Source of the DNA: Thermoplasmatota archaeon
Lineage (GTDB): Archaea; Thermoplasmatota; Penumbrarchaeia; Penumbrarchaeales; Penumbrarchaeaceae
Direction of reading: 5' to 3'
NCBI GenBank assembly: GCA_029762535.1
Contig: JARVGK010000009.1
Coordinates: 32,001-96,000 of the forward strand
Length of the DNA: 64,000 nucleotides
Below the pieces are notes generated by a model that was not told where the DNA came from, made no database searches, and worked only from the letters and a program-made list of their open reading frames with translations. Shown here piece by piece: positions 17,916 to 28,057 of this stretch. A program made the translations under genes and the position numbers. The first letter of the stretch is position 1. Each line of letters opens with the position of its first letter.

Positions 17916-20900
17916 ATGGGACAGGCGAGGTCATTGCATGTGGGGATCGTTCTCCTACTTGTCATGAACATGCCTGTATTCGGATCGGGGGATCCCGATC
18001 CCGAAATCACCCGGGAGATCCCCCTACCGATCCCTGGAGACATCTCATCCGCTTTACACTCTTTAGCATCGGATCCCTTCATCGAGAACGGGGGCCAATG
18101 GGATCCCGAGATACTCTTTGTTACATCGACCGATGTGGGTAAAGTTGCTCTATGCAGAGGGGGGATCATCCAACGTGTCATGATTCAAGAGAGGTCTCGA
18201 CCCTCTCCCCAGCTCGACCGACCTCGAAGCACTGTGGCAGATTCGTGCGATATTGGGATCATGTTCGAGGGAGGATCCCCTTCCTTTGTAGTGGGGGAGG
18301 GCCGTGTAGATACCATTTACAATTATTATCTGGGCAATGACTCGTCAAGGTGGGCTACGGATTTGAATGGATACCGAAGCGTCCTCTATGCTGAGGTTTG
18401 GCCTGGTATTGACATTGTCTATCATCAAAGGGGAGGTCGGCTCAAGTATGACATAATTCTCTCCCCCGGAGCTGATCCCGACGAGGTAAAGTTGAAAATC
18501 GATGGAGCGAGATCGGTCCATATCTCAGAAGGATCATTGGTCATCTCTACACCGATTGGGGTGGACCTGATCGATTCGGAACCGATCGCAAATTACGATT
18601 CCGGAGAAAGCGTGGGGGTGGCTCTATCCCTCGATGAGAACGTTTACAGTTTCAATCTCGCTCCCTACGATTATTCCCGATCCGTCGTGATCGATCCGGA
18701 ATATAACGTGAATGCACTGAACTTCTCAACATATATTGGAGGGCGACAAGATGATCAACCTACGAGGATGGATACGGATCGATCAGGGGACATATACATC
18801 GTAGGTGATACTGGTTCTCAAGATTTTCCGCTCAAATATGCTTATCAAAATAGTCTCTTTGGAATTGATGCTTTTATTTTAAAATTGGATAAAGATGGAC
18901 CGGGAATCAAGTATTCCACCTTTATCGGCGGTTCGAGTTACGATATTGCAACCGATATAAAAATAGATTCAAGCGGATGCGCGTTCATCACAGGGAAGAC
19001 GGGTTCTAAAGATTTCCCGGTAACAGCTGGGGCTTACGATAATACTCTTGATTATTATGATCTATTCATCTTGAAATTGAACAATATCGGAAACGGACTA
19101 TTATATTCGACTTACCTGGGTGGATCAGGGGTTGAAGGCTATGGTGCGCGTCCGATCCTTTATTTGGATGAAGGAGATAGGATTTACATTGCATCAAATA
19201 CGAATTCTGACAATTTTCCCGTAACATCCGATGCCTTTCAAGCATCCTTGTCAAGTCCGTTGCAACATGATATGATAATCGTGAAGATGGATCTGTCATC
19301 TATGACCTTGCTCTATTCCACCTATCTTGGGGGAACGGACATGGATTATCCATCTTCCATTGTCGTTGCCAACGGTTACGCGTATATCGGGGGAACGACC
19401 TATTCAAATGATTTCAATGTAACGAGCGGCGCTTATCTGACGAGCAACAGCGGAGGTTCGACGGGTTTCATCCTGAAGTTCGATATGAAGCAGAGATCGC
19501 TCGTTTACTGCACTTATTTTGGGGGATCCGGCGATGATAAATTGAACGACATTGCAGTCGATGTCCAAGGCAATGTGTATGCATGCGGTAACACCGGATC
19601 GATCGATTTACCGGTCCCTTTTACTGCGCTCGGCACCACACTGAATGGGACCAGCGACGGTTTTGTGATGTGCTTGGATCCCAAAGGTAGTGCCCTTTTG
19701 TTCTCCTCTTTCATCGGAGGTAGCGGGGAAGAAGTGTTGAACGCTCTTTTCGTGGACCCCGATTCAAATATCCATCTGATAGGCTATGAGAAGGATCCGG
19801 ATGAAGACGGATTCGATTTCCCCACGATGGCAGGTGTGGTCCAGGAACAGGCAAGAGGGGGCGAAGAAGAGGTTGTTTATGTCAAGCTTGACAGCAATGC
19901 GAGCCATTATCTTTATTCCACGTTCCTCGGTGGAAATGGCGATGATAAGGGATTGGACATATTCGTTGATCCCTCAAGCGGAGAACCTGTCATACTTGGA
20001 TATACTTCATCAAGCAACTTCCCCGTCAAACCAGGGTCATTCGATACATCTTACACTTTTTATGAAATCTTTGTAACGAAGTTCGTCCTGACCTTTCCTC
20101 CGTCCAAGCCCCGGAATTTGGAGTCCAGGTCGGGGGATTCATTTGTCGAACTGAGATGGGATCCCCCTTCCGACGACGGAGGGGCACCGATCATAAAATA
20201 TTCAGTGTGGAGGGGATCACAGGGCGGGAACCTTAGCATGAGATTGGATAATGTCACGTGTCTCACCTATAACGACACGAGTGTGGAGAACGGGCATGTC
20301 TATTATTACGGCGTGAGGGCTCTGAACCGAGCGTGGGAGGGTCCGTTTTCGGACGAGGTTTCATCCTATCCCGTGTCGATTCCGACATCTCCCCGCAACC
20401 TCAGGGTCACTTCTTGGGGAGACGAGGTCCTTGAACTATCATGGATGTATCCGAATTATACCGGAGGGGAGGGCATCCCCATCCGTGGTTACAATCTCTA
20501 CAGGATCGCCGCAGGCGAGCCCGAGCCACTGAAGATATCGATCGATGGTTCATTGCTGCACTATTCCGATGAGAATGTAATGAACGGTGTGAACTACAGT
20601 TACCGTGCTACCGCCTTTAACGATCACGGTGAATCCCCTCCGAGCGATCCCGTGCATGCCGTTCCCATGACGATCCCGACGGGCGTGACTGATCCGTATG
20701 TCTTGTGCGGTAGTCGATTCGCACACCTGTTCTGGGGTCCGCCCGATGACGACGGTGGGAGCCCGATACTGGATTACATGATCTTGAGGGAAGAGGGGCT
20801 CGATAAGAAGCTCATAACGCTGGATGGTAACCATACGGAATACAACGATACGTCCCTCGTCAACGGAAAGAGCTACAACTACACCATCAAGGCTCGGAAC

Positions 20901-22259
20901 GTGGTCGGTTTCGGACCCCTGTCCGATTTCGCGACCTGCGAGCCAATGGGCCGCCCCTCGTCCCCCCGCAGCGTGATACTGGAAGTCCATCCCGGTTCCA
21001 TAACCCTGTCGTGGTTTCCGCCGTCGGACAATGGCGGGTCAGATATAGAGGAATATCTCATTTATCGCTCCATGGACGGATCGGAATGGACGATGATCAT
21101 GTCAGTTCCTTTCACGGACCTCTCATATACTGATAAATGCCTGATCAACGGAAAGACCTATCATTACACTATCACCGTAAAGAACCATTTTCAGGAATCC
21201 GAACCCTCGATCGCTCTGAACGGTACGCCGTTGGACGTTCCCGGGATGCCACCGATGCTGACCCTGACCGCTGGTGACGGTTACGTTCTCCTCAATTGGG
21301 AGACATCAACGATCGATGGCGGAACCCCTATCCTTGGCTTCTGGATACTCCGGGGAAAGAACGAGTCCTCGATGGTATCCATGATCGAGGTCGGAGCCAA
21401 CGTCCTCATGTTCAACGATACGACCGTTGAGAACGGAAAGGAATATCTCTATCAGGTCAAGGCGTTCAATGCGTTCGGGATGGGACGTGGAACCGGGTTC
21501 ATCTCCGCGATTCCTGCAGGCCTTCCGTCACCTCCCGTAATAGTCGTAGTTACATCGGGCGACAGGTTTGTGGAGATAGAATGGTCGGAGCCCCTTGTGA
21601 ACGGCGGCTTTCCGATCAATACGGTTAGAATCTACAAATGGACGGAGAACTCCTCCGCATCAGTGATCCTCAGGACAGATGATGTACAGGGATCGTTCAA
21701 AGACATATCAGTTGAGAACGGGATCACATACATGTATGCTATGAGTTGCGAAAATGATATCGGAGAGGGGTCCAGATCCTGTGTGTTAAATGCAACTCCA
21801 TTAGGACAACCCTCGGCACCGACGAGATTGTCGATCAACCCCCTATCCCCGACCTCGGTTGAGATAAGCTGGGGATCTCCCCAGGACACCGGAGGATCGC
21901 CGATCGTGAGCTATCACATCTACAGGTCGGAGGATTCCGAATCCTGGCGTAAGATCGCTTTTATAAGCGGTGACGAGCTGAATTACACGGATCCCAACCT
22001 GGACTCTGGCAGGGTTTATTGGTACAGGGTTTCGGCCGAGAACGCTCAGGGAGAAGGTCCGCATGGGGAAGAGATATCCATCGAGTTGAAGGAGAGTGGC
22101 GGGTTCTCGGGCATGTATCTCCTGATTGCCGGGGCGGTGCTGTTCCTGATCATTCTCGGGTCCGCGCTGGGGTTGGCCATATTACGAAGGAAAAAAGGAT
22201 CCTTTGAAAGTCCTGCCCCGGGAGAAGTGGAGGCATCACCATGCGATATGGATACTTGA
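17916..22259 (+). CDS. Large surface protein: SBBP beta-propeller repeats, seven FN3 domains, C-terminal TM
   Basis: FIENGGQWD N-terminal domain; repeated YSTYLGGSxxD...G.T.S.DFP; seven FN3 units; TM followed by RRKK. Confidence 0.9.
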   Translation: MGQARSLHVGIVLLLVMNMPVFGSGDPDPEITREIPLPIPGDISSALHSLASDPFIENGGQWDPEILFVTSTDVGKVALCRGGIIQRVMIQERSRPSPQLDRPRSTVADSCDIGIMFEGGSPSFVVGEGRVDTIYNYYLGNDSSRWATDLNGYRSVLYAEVWPGIDIVYHQRGGRLKYDIILSPGADPDEVKLKIDGARSVHISEGSLVISTPIGVDLIDSEPIANYDSGESVGVALSLDENVYSFNLAPYDYSRSVVIDPEYNVNALNFSTYIGGRQDDQPTRMDTDRSGDIYIVGDTGSQDFPLKYAYQNSLFGIDAFILKLDKDGPGIKYSTFIGGSSYDIATDIKIDSSGCAFITGKTGSKDFPVTAGAYDNTLDYYDLFILKLNNIGNGLLYSTYLGGSGVEGYGARPILYLDEGDRIYIASNTNSDNFPVTSDAFQASLSSPLQHDMIIVKMDLSSMTLLYSTYLGGTDMDYPSSIVVANGYAYIGGTTYSNDFNVTSGAYLTSNSGGSTGFILKFDMKQRSLVYCTYFGGSGDDKLNDIAVDVQGNVYACGNTGSIDLPVPFTALGTTLNGTSDGFVMCLDPKGSALLFSSFIGGSGEEVLNALFVDPDSNIHLIGYEKDPDEDGFDFPTMAGVVQEQARGGEEEVVYVKLDSNASHYLYSTFLGGNGDDKGLDIFVDPSSGEPVILGYTSSSNFPVKPGSFDTSYTFYEIFVTKFVLTFPPSKPRNLESRSGDSFVELRWDPPSDDGGAPIIKYSVWRGSQGGNLSMRLDNVTCLTYNDTSVENGHVYYYGVRALNRAWEGPFSDEVSSYPVSIPTSPRNLRVTSWGDEVLELSWMYPNYTGGEGIPIRGYNLYRIAAGEPEPLKISIDGSLLHYSDENVMNGVNYSYRATAFNDHGESPPSDPVHAVPMTIPTGVTDPYVLCGSRFAHLFWGPPDDDGGSPILDYMILREEGLDKKLITLDGNHTEYNDTSLVNGKSYNYTIKARNVVGFGPLSDFATCEPMGRPSSPRSVILEVHPGSITLSWFPPSDNGGSDIEEYLIYRSMDGSEWTMIMSVPFTDLSYTDKCLINGKTYHYTITVKNHFQESEPSIALNGTPLDVPGMPPMLTLTAGDGYVLLNWETSTIDGGTPILGFWILRGKNESSMVSMIEVGANVLMFNDTTVENGKEYLYQVKAFNAFGMGRGTGFISAIPAGLPSPPVIVVVTSGDRFVEIEWSEPLVNGGFPINTVRIYKWTENSSASVILRTDDVQGSFKDISVENGITYMYAMSCENDIGEGSRSCVLNATPLGQPSAPTRLSINPLSPTSVEISWGSPQDTGGSPIVSYHIYRSEDSESWRKIAFISGDELNYTDPNLDSGRVYWYRVSAENAQGEGPHGEEISIELKESGGFSGMYLLIAGAVLFLIILGSALGLAILRRKKGSFESPAPGEVEASPCDMDT

Positions 22260-22297
22260 ATGAGGTGCCCTGTGCAGAGGGCATCCTTGACCTATGG

Positions 22298-22357
22298 TCC
22301 TTTTCCTTGTTTCGTTCTCTTAGCAGACGCCCCTTCATCCCAAGGAGCCGGTGATAT
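22298..22357 (-). pseudogene. 60-bp remnant of the AbiEii-like gene
   Basis: Aligns with 15328-15388 with a few substitutions and one deletion. Confidence 0.8.
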
Positions 22358-22440
22358 GTCGCATCCCGATCTCGACGATAGAGTGAGGGAGCTGGTGAGA
22401 TCCCCTTAGGAGGGGGATCCCCGCGCCGGATCCGAATGAG
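22358..22440 (+). repeat. Direct repeat copy 3
   Basis: 79 of 83 nt identical to 14992-15074. Confidence 0.92.
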
Positions 22441-22481
22441 ATTCCTTGACCACGGCAACGATCCCTTCGGGATCCGTGTTG

Positions 22482-22499
22482 TTTCAACAGTTGTTGAAA
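22482..22499. promoter_or_regulatory. Orphan copy 3 of the TTTCAACA-GT-TGTTGAAA inverted repeat
   Basis: Identical 18-mer, with no adjacent gene start. Confidence 0.65.
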
Positions 22500-22624
22500 A
22501 TGCTTCCTATTATTAAATCTTACAATAACATGTCGTTTCATACGATCCAAAGTATATCATTGATCCTTCACACTCCAATCAGTAAAGGATCGCTCCTAAT
22601 AGCCAGCTATAATGGGATCCCCCA

Positions 22625-23065
22625 TCATTTCTTTATTGATGCGGCCGTCATCAAATGCTCGATCCTTTCTATGAACGAACTGGCCCTCTCCAAGGCATCC
22701 GATGATTCTTCATCATCGGTCCCGAGGGATTCTACACCGTAGAACCATTGATGTCTCTCAAGACGATACGTATCCAGCCACGATATCATATCCAGTCCCA
22801 GATCATCTTTATGTTTTTCCATGAGATAGAGAACTACACAATAATGATTCTTTTCGACGACCCCCTCACTGAAAAGAAGCGATCTTGCCGCTTGGAACAT
22901 AGCTGCATATGATGCGACCACGGATTCGTCGAAGAACCCGCTCTCATTGAGGTCAGCGGCCCTCTGTATTTTCTGGTTTGCCATCTCCATCGATCTTTCC
23001 GACATGGATATGTTGGGATCGACCTTTCTCAACATACGACCCTTGAAACAATCCTCCAACCTCAT
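22625..23065 (-). CDS. HEPN domain protein
   Basis: SYAAMFQAARSLL...KNH and RHQWFY; coupled to the MNT gene. Confidence 0.87.
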   Translation of the reverse strand: MRLEDCFKGRMLRKVDPNISMSERSMEMANQKIQRAADLNESGFFDESVVASYAAMFQAARSLLFSEGVVEKNHYCVVLYLMEKHKDDLGLDMISWLDTYRLERHQWFYGVESLGTDDEESSDALERASSFIERIEHLMTAASIKK

Positions 23066-23619
23066 AATGCAACCAACCTTTTACCATGGAGCGTGATCCC
23101 ATCCGAAATGACCTCAAGGTAGAAAGCCCTGTTCGTCATTGATTGCTTCTCCCATTCGTCAGGCCTCATCTGAACGATCGAGATCTCCGGTTCGTGGATC
23201 CCTAACGTATCGCGGGCGATCCTCTTCCTTGTCGATGAGATCACAAGCAGATCGATATCGCTTTTCCGATCGTTCTTGCCCGAGGCATAGCTGCCGTAAA
23301 GGACGATAGATATGATCCCTTCGTTCTCTTGGATCAACCTCTGAACGATCCCTCTCTCCTTTACCTTGGCGAGGTTGTATGATATCTTAAGGTACCTCAA
23401 CGTCATGTCATCCAAGTTGGCCCTGAAAAGAGTATGGTTCTTTTCAGCGTACTTGACCACAAGATCGTCCTTTACCAGTATATCGAGGCATCGCTTCACC
23501 GTCATGGGACTCATCTCAAGATTTCTGGCGATCTCCCTGAGGTAGAACCCCTCATAAGGATCTTCGATCAGCCGTGATAGGACCTTGATAGTGTTTATAT
23601 TTTGATACAGTTGTATCAT
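23062..23619 (-). CDS. wHTH plus minimal nucleotidyltransferase (MNT) antitoxin
   Basis: YLREIARNL HTH; GSx10DxD motif GSYASGKNDRKSDIDL; start at MIQLYQ inferred from TATA spacing. Confidence 0.87.
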   Translation of the reverse strand: MIQLYQNINTIKVLSRLIEDPYEGFYLREIARNLEMSPMTVKRCLDILVKDDLVVKYAEKNHTLFRANLDDMTLRYLKISYNLAKVKERGIVQRLIQENEGIISIVLYGSYASGKNDRKSDIDLLVISSTRKRIARDTLGIHEPEISIVQMRPDEWEKQSMTNRAFYLEVISDGITLHGKRLVAL

Positions 23620-23680
23620 AATATGGACATATATGATATGAATAAATATAGTTTTCGTTACCATACTTTCATAAGATCGA

Positions 23681-23720
23681 AGGAGGGGGATCCCCGCGCC
23701 GGATCCGAATGAGATCCCGG
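23681..23720 (+). repeat. Direct repeat core copy 4
   Basis: AGGAGGGGGATCCCCGCGCCGGATCCGAATGAG identical to copy 3, then ATCCCGG as in copy 2. Confidence 0.9.
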
Positions 23721-23800
23721 TAGTTACACGATCATATCCGCCATATGTTTGTTAAAAGAACGGGTTAATGTAATATACCGGCCTTCTTCTTTGTATCGAT

Positions 23801-26800
23801 ATGAGGTGTGTGGTCTCGATCAGCATCGCATTGATCATGCTCCTCCTTGTCATGAACATACCTGTGTTCGGATCGGGGGATCCCGATACAGAGATCACCC
23901 AGGATATTCCCCTCCCGATCCCCGGGGATGTCCTGTCCATTGTCAGCTCCCTTGCATCTGGACCTTTCATAGAGAACAGAGGCCAATGGGATCCCTCGAT
24001 ATTATACATGATCTCCAACGAGTACGGGAAGATGGCCCTTGCCAAAGACGGGATCTACCACTGGGTCCACAAATTCGAAAGAAGGGAAACCGATCCCATT
24101 GAGGATGCCCCAGAGTTCGAAATGATCGACTCTTGTCTTATCAAAGCCCTCTTCGAGGGCGGATCCCCTTCCTCCGTCCAGGGAGAGGATCCCGTCCAGA
24201 CGAGTTACAACTTCTTCCTTGGCAACGACAGCTCAAGGTGGGCGTCGGATGTCAGAGGGTATGGATCCGTCCTCTACGAAGACGTTTGGGACGGGATCGA
24301 CATCCATTACTATCAGAAAGAGGGCAGGGTCAAGTATGATCTCCTCCTCTCCCCCGGGGCAGATCCAGATCTGATAAGGATGAGGATCGAGGGGGCGGGA
24401 TCCATACGAAATGATGGTGGCGACCTGATCATATCCACGCCGATAGGAGTGGATCTCCTCGATTCGGGGCTGGTCTCTTATTATACGACGGGGGAGCATA
24501 TTCCATCCTCATTTCTACTCGAGGGGAACATATACGGCTTTGACATCGGACCGTATGATAGGACGAGATCGATCGTGATCGATCCTCTGGTCGCATCCAC
24601 TTATGCGGGTGGAACGGACCGAGATATCGCTAAGAAGGTGATGAGTGATGATGATGGTAATTGGATAGTTGCTGGAGAAACATTTTCAACCGATCTTCCG
24701 GTAACGACGGGTGTGATCCAGTCCATTCATTCCGGAAAAAGAGATTGTGCGATCCTCAAATTCGATCATAGGATGAAGAATTTGATATTCGCTACATATT
24801 ATGGTGGTTCTGATAATGAATTTTTAAATGACATGTCTTTGATCGGAAATGATATAATTATTGGAGGGTACTCAAATTCTTATGATCTTCCTATTACAAA
24901 CGGTTCTTTATATGAGAGTTATAATGGTAATTGGGACGGTTTTCTCGCCAGAATAGATAGTAAAGGATCCAACTTGACGTTCTCAACATATATCGGGGGT
25001 CCAGAATTTGATTCTGTTGAATCTATTAAAGTGAATAATAATAACATGGATATATACATTACCGGAAGAATTAGTTCAAATAATTACCCCATCACGAATA
25101 ATTCAATGTACAAAGAGAATCTATACTATGGTTTCTTATCGATATTATCATCGGATTGTTCGGAATTTATTTATTCTACATATTTTTCTGCTGGATCTTT
25201 TATTGAATTAATGGATAATGGGTATGTGGTCATTGCTGTTTCAAATTCTATACGTGATTATCCTACCACTCCTGGATCATATGATACTACCCATAATGGT
25301 AATGTTGATATTTATATCGCTTGTTTTGATATACAAAATAATTCTTATATATTCGCTACATATATCGGTGGAGTTGAAAATGATATTGTAGTTTCTATGA
25401 ATATTGATATGAACAATAACATATACATAACAGGTACTACATATTCGAATAATTTTCCCGTTACCTCTGACGCATACAGCAGGAAGAAGGATGATACATT
25501 CGTATCCGTACTGAGTTCTGACGGAAAATATCTGCTGCATTCCACGTTCATCGGCGGCAGCGATATAGAGGTCGTCTCTTCGATAGCTTTGGACGGCCAG
25601 GGTTATCCGTTCATAACCGGCTATACCAGGTCCGGGGACTATCCCACGACATGGGGATCCTATGATAGATCCTACAATCAGGGCATTGATTCTTTCATCA
25701 CATCATTTGACAGGAACCTTTCATACCTGCGCTATTCCACATATTTCGGGGGATCGAGCAACGATTATGCATTAGATATCTATATGGACGAACTCGATCA
25801 GGCCGTGATAGCGGGCGAGACCTATTCCTCCGATCTACCAACGGTCTGGGGCTGTTACGATGTGACCTGGAACGGTCATTACGACATGTTCATATCAGTT
25901 ATCAACATCTCGACTCCACCATCCGAGCCCCTATCCTTATCCGGGGACATATCTGACGGATGCATATCCTTGGAATGGGATCCCCCGCTGTCGAATGGCG
26001 GCGCCAACATCACCGGGTACAATATCTATCGTGGTCGTACCGCGGACAACATGTCCTCGGTAGCAAGGGGGGTCCAAACCCTATCATACGATGACAGGAC
26101 CATCGTCAACGGCCGGTCTTATGTTTATCATGTCACGGCCGTGAACGCGGCAGGCGAATCAAACGCCAGCGATAACGTCACGGTGTTCGATGACATGGTT
26201 CCGATCTTCCTGTCCGATCTGACGCCTGAGTCCGTGAACAATGGAGATATGCTCTTTTTCTCCGTGATCGTATCCGACAACGTCCTTGTCACAGAGGTGT
26301 CCCTATCATTTCGGATCGATGATGGGGATTCTGATAAAGTGGATATGGTTCGGGACGGAATATTCTGGAACCATTCGACGACTGTCCCGAACGAGCATAT
26401 CCGCTTTGTTCATTATCGATTCACCGCAGCGGATCCCTCCGGCAATTCCAATTCCACGAAAGAGAAAAGTATACTGATCATCGACTCGGAACCGCCCTTG
26501 CTCCATTCTTTCAATGTCCCCTCTGTCGTCAAGCCCGAGAGGACCGTGTCCCTGGATCTGGCAACGAGCGACAACGTGGGCGTGTTGAGCGCCGAGGTCG
26601 AGCACTGGTACGATGATGTATCCCCGGTGATCTGCCCCCTGGTCCGTAAGGACGGAATGAAATGGGGCTTGAACCTGAGCGCCCCCCCCGTCCAGACAGT
26701 TTGGAGGATCGTCTTTCACTCACATGACGGCACGAACCGTGCCTCATCGGACCTCTTCAACGTCTCCGTTATCGATTCGGATCCGCCAACGTTCCTGGAC

Positions 26801-28051
26801 GATCTCACCCCCTCCGAGATCGAATGCGGCGCATACCTCGAGTTCAAGGCCGTTGTCCTGGACGACGTATCCGTCGGATCCGTTCTTGTGAATTTCAGTC
26901 ACGACGGGAAATTCTGGCAGATCCGTGAGATGGAGCATCTCGGCTCAGACGTCTATTCGTTCTCCATATATGTTAATCCGTCCTTGGAGAGCATACTCTA
27001 CAGTCTTGAGAGTTCGGACATATACGGAAATTCGGATGCTTCCGATGTGAGGACGGTAAATGTGATCGACATCCTCCCTCCGTTCTTTATCGATGACGTA
27101 TCCGACCGTGTTGCGACGACGGGTGACGAATGCCTTCTATCGGTCCGCGCCGTGGACAACATGGGTATATCCAAGCTCAGTGTGTTCTACTGGTATTCTT
27201 TCTCCGAAGTCTTCAGGAAGGACATCACCTCAAGCTTGGTCGATGACCGTTATTCTATGAATATCCGGATCCCGTCAGATTCCGATCGCCCCCTCAACTA
27301 CTACTTCGAGGCAGTTGACCTATCCGGGAACGTCAACAGGACCCCGGATCGGGTCGTCCCGGTCCTGGACGACGATCCCCCTACCATATTCGACCTGAAA
27401 TTCAACGAGACCGCCGGAACGGGCGAATCGTACATGATAACTGCATCTTTCCGGGATAATATAAGGATCGATAGTTATTCTCTTTCAGCATCGATGGGAG
27501 GATCTCCTCTTTCGAACAGGAGCATATCCGGCATGCCGGGTGAGGTCCTCTTCCTTGTGGACATTCCCGTGTACGAAGTGGGCAATCTCACGCTCTTGAT
27601 CGATGTCAGTGACAGGGCCGGTAATGTGAATTCCACCGGTATCATATCTATCCCCGTTCTTGACACGATCCCTCCCCGGATCCCTCTTATGAATTCTTTT
27701 AAGATCAGAAGCGGCGAGACCTTCGAAATATTCGTCAATGCCACAGATAATATCGGGATCGCGAGGATCGAGTGGCAGGGTCTTCCCGAGGAATTCGAGG
27801 GGGATCGCTATCGCGGATCCATAAGTAAGCCTGGATACTACGGTATAATGGTAACCGCTTATGATGAGGCGGGCAATACCGATCTGGTCATTTTCACGAT
27901 AAGGGTCGTCGATGAGGATGTTAATATCAGATTAATCATAATCGGGTTCTCAGCATTCATAGTACTTTCGATCCTAATATATCTCTTCTTTTTCTTCAAA
28001 TTCAGTAAAAGACCGGATAGAAAGAATGATGAGGCCCCTCCTTCTGAGTGA
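23801..28051 (+). CDS. Paralogous surface protein: SBBP repeats, one FN3, DxxPP Ig-like repeats, C-terminal TM
   Basis: N-terminus closely similar to the 17916 gene at DNA level; different stalk. Confidence 0.9.
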   Translation: MRCVVSISIALIMLLLVMNIPVFGSGDPDTEITQDIPLPIPGDVLSIVSSLASGPFIENRGQWDPSILYMISNEYGKMALAKDGIYHWVHKFERRETDPIEDAPEFEMIDSCLIKALFEGGSPSSVQGEDPVQTSYNFFLGNDSSRWASDVRGYGSVLYEDVWDGIDIHYYQKEGRVKYDLLLSPGADPDLIRMRIEGAGSIRNDGGDLIISTPIGVDLLDSGLVSYYTTGEHIPSSFLLEGNIYGFDIGPYDRTRSIVIDPLVASTYAGGTDRDIAKKVMSDDDGNWIVAGETFSTDLPVTTGVIQSIHSGKRDCAILKFDHRMKNLIFATYYGGSDNEFLNDMSLIGNDIIIGGYSNSYDLPITNGSLYESYNGNWDGFLARIDSKGSNLTFSTYIGGPEFDSVESIKVNNNNMDIYITGRISSNNYPITNNSMYKENLYYGFLSILSSDCSEFIYSTYFSAGSFIELMDNGYVVIAVSNSIRDYPTTPGSYDTTHNGNVDIYIACFDIQNNSYIFATYIGGVENDIVVSMNIDMNNNIYITGTTYSNNFPVTSDAYSRKKDDTFVSVLSSDGKYLLHSTFIGGSDIEVVSSIALDGQGYPFITGYTRSGDYPTTWGSYDRSYNQGIDSFITSFDRNLSYLRYSTYFGGSSNDYALDIYMDELDQAVIAGETYSSDLPTVWGCYDVTWNGHYDMFISVINISTPPSEPLSLSGDISDGCISLEWDPPLSNGGANITGYNIYRGRTADNMSSVARGVQTLSYDDRTIVNGRSYVYHVTAVNAAGESNASDNVTVFDDMVPIFLSDLTPESVNNGDMLFFSVIVSDNVLVTEVSLSFRIDDGDSDKVDMVRDGIFWNHSTTVPNEHIRFVHYRFTAADPSGNSNSTKEKSILIIDSEPPLLHSFNVPSVVKPERTVSLDLATSDNVGVLSAEVEHWYDDVSPVICPLVRKDGMKWGLNLSAPPVQTVWRIVFHSHDGTNRASSDLFNVSVIDSDPPTFLDDLTPSEIECGAYLEFKAVVLDDVSVGSVLVNFSHDGKFWQIREMEHLGSDVYSFSIYVNPSLESILYSLESSDIYGNSDASDVRTVNVIDILPPFFIDDVSDRVATTGDECLLSVRAVDNMGISKLSVFYWYSFSEVFRKDITSSLVDDRYSMNIRIPSDSDRPLNYYFEAVDLSGNVNRTPDRVVPVLDDDPPTIFDLKFNETAGTGESYMITASFRDNIRIDSYSLSASMGGSPLSNRSISGMPGEVLFLVDIPVYEVGNLTLLIDVSDRAGNVNSTGIISIPVLDTIPPRIPLMNSFKIRSGETFEIFVNATDNIGIARIEWQGLPEEFEGDRYRGSISKPGYYGIMVTAYDEAGNTDLVIFTIRVVDEDVNIRLIIIGFSAFIVLSILIYLFFFFKFSKRPDRKNDEAPPSE

Positions 28052-28057
28052 ATCGTT

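Noticed and set aside
14992-23720. The four repeats as a CRISPR array or classical attC array
   Set aside because: Spacing is kilobase-scale, there are no cas genes, and the repeat lacks AAC/GTT boxes.
17916-24600. Diversity-generating retroelement acting on the paralogous surface genes
   Set aside because: No reverse transcriptase, and differences are not adenine-specific.
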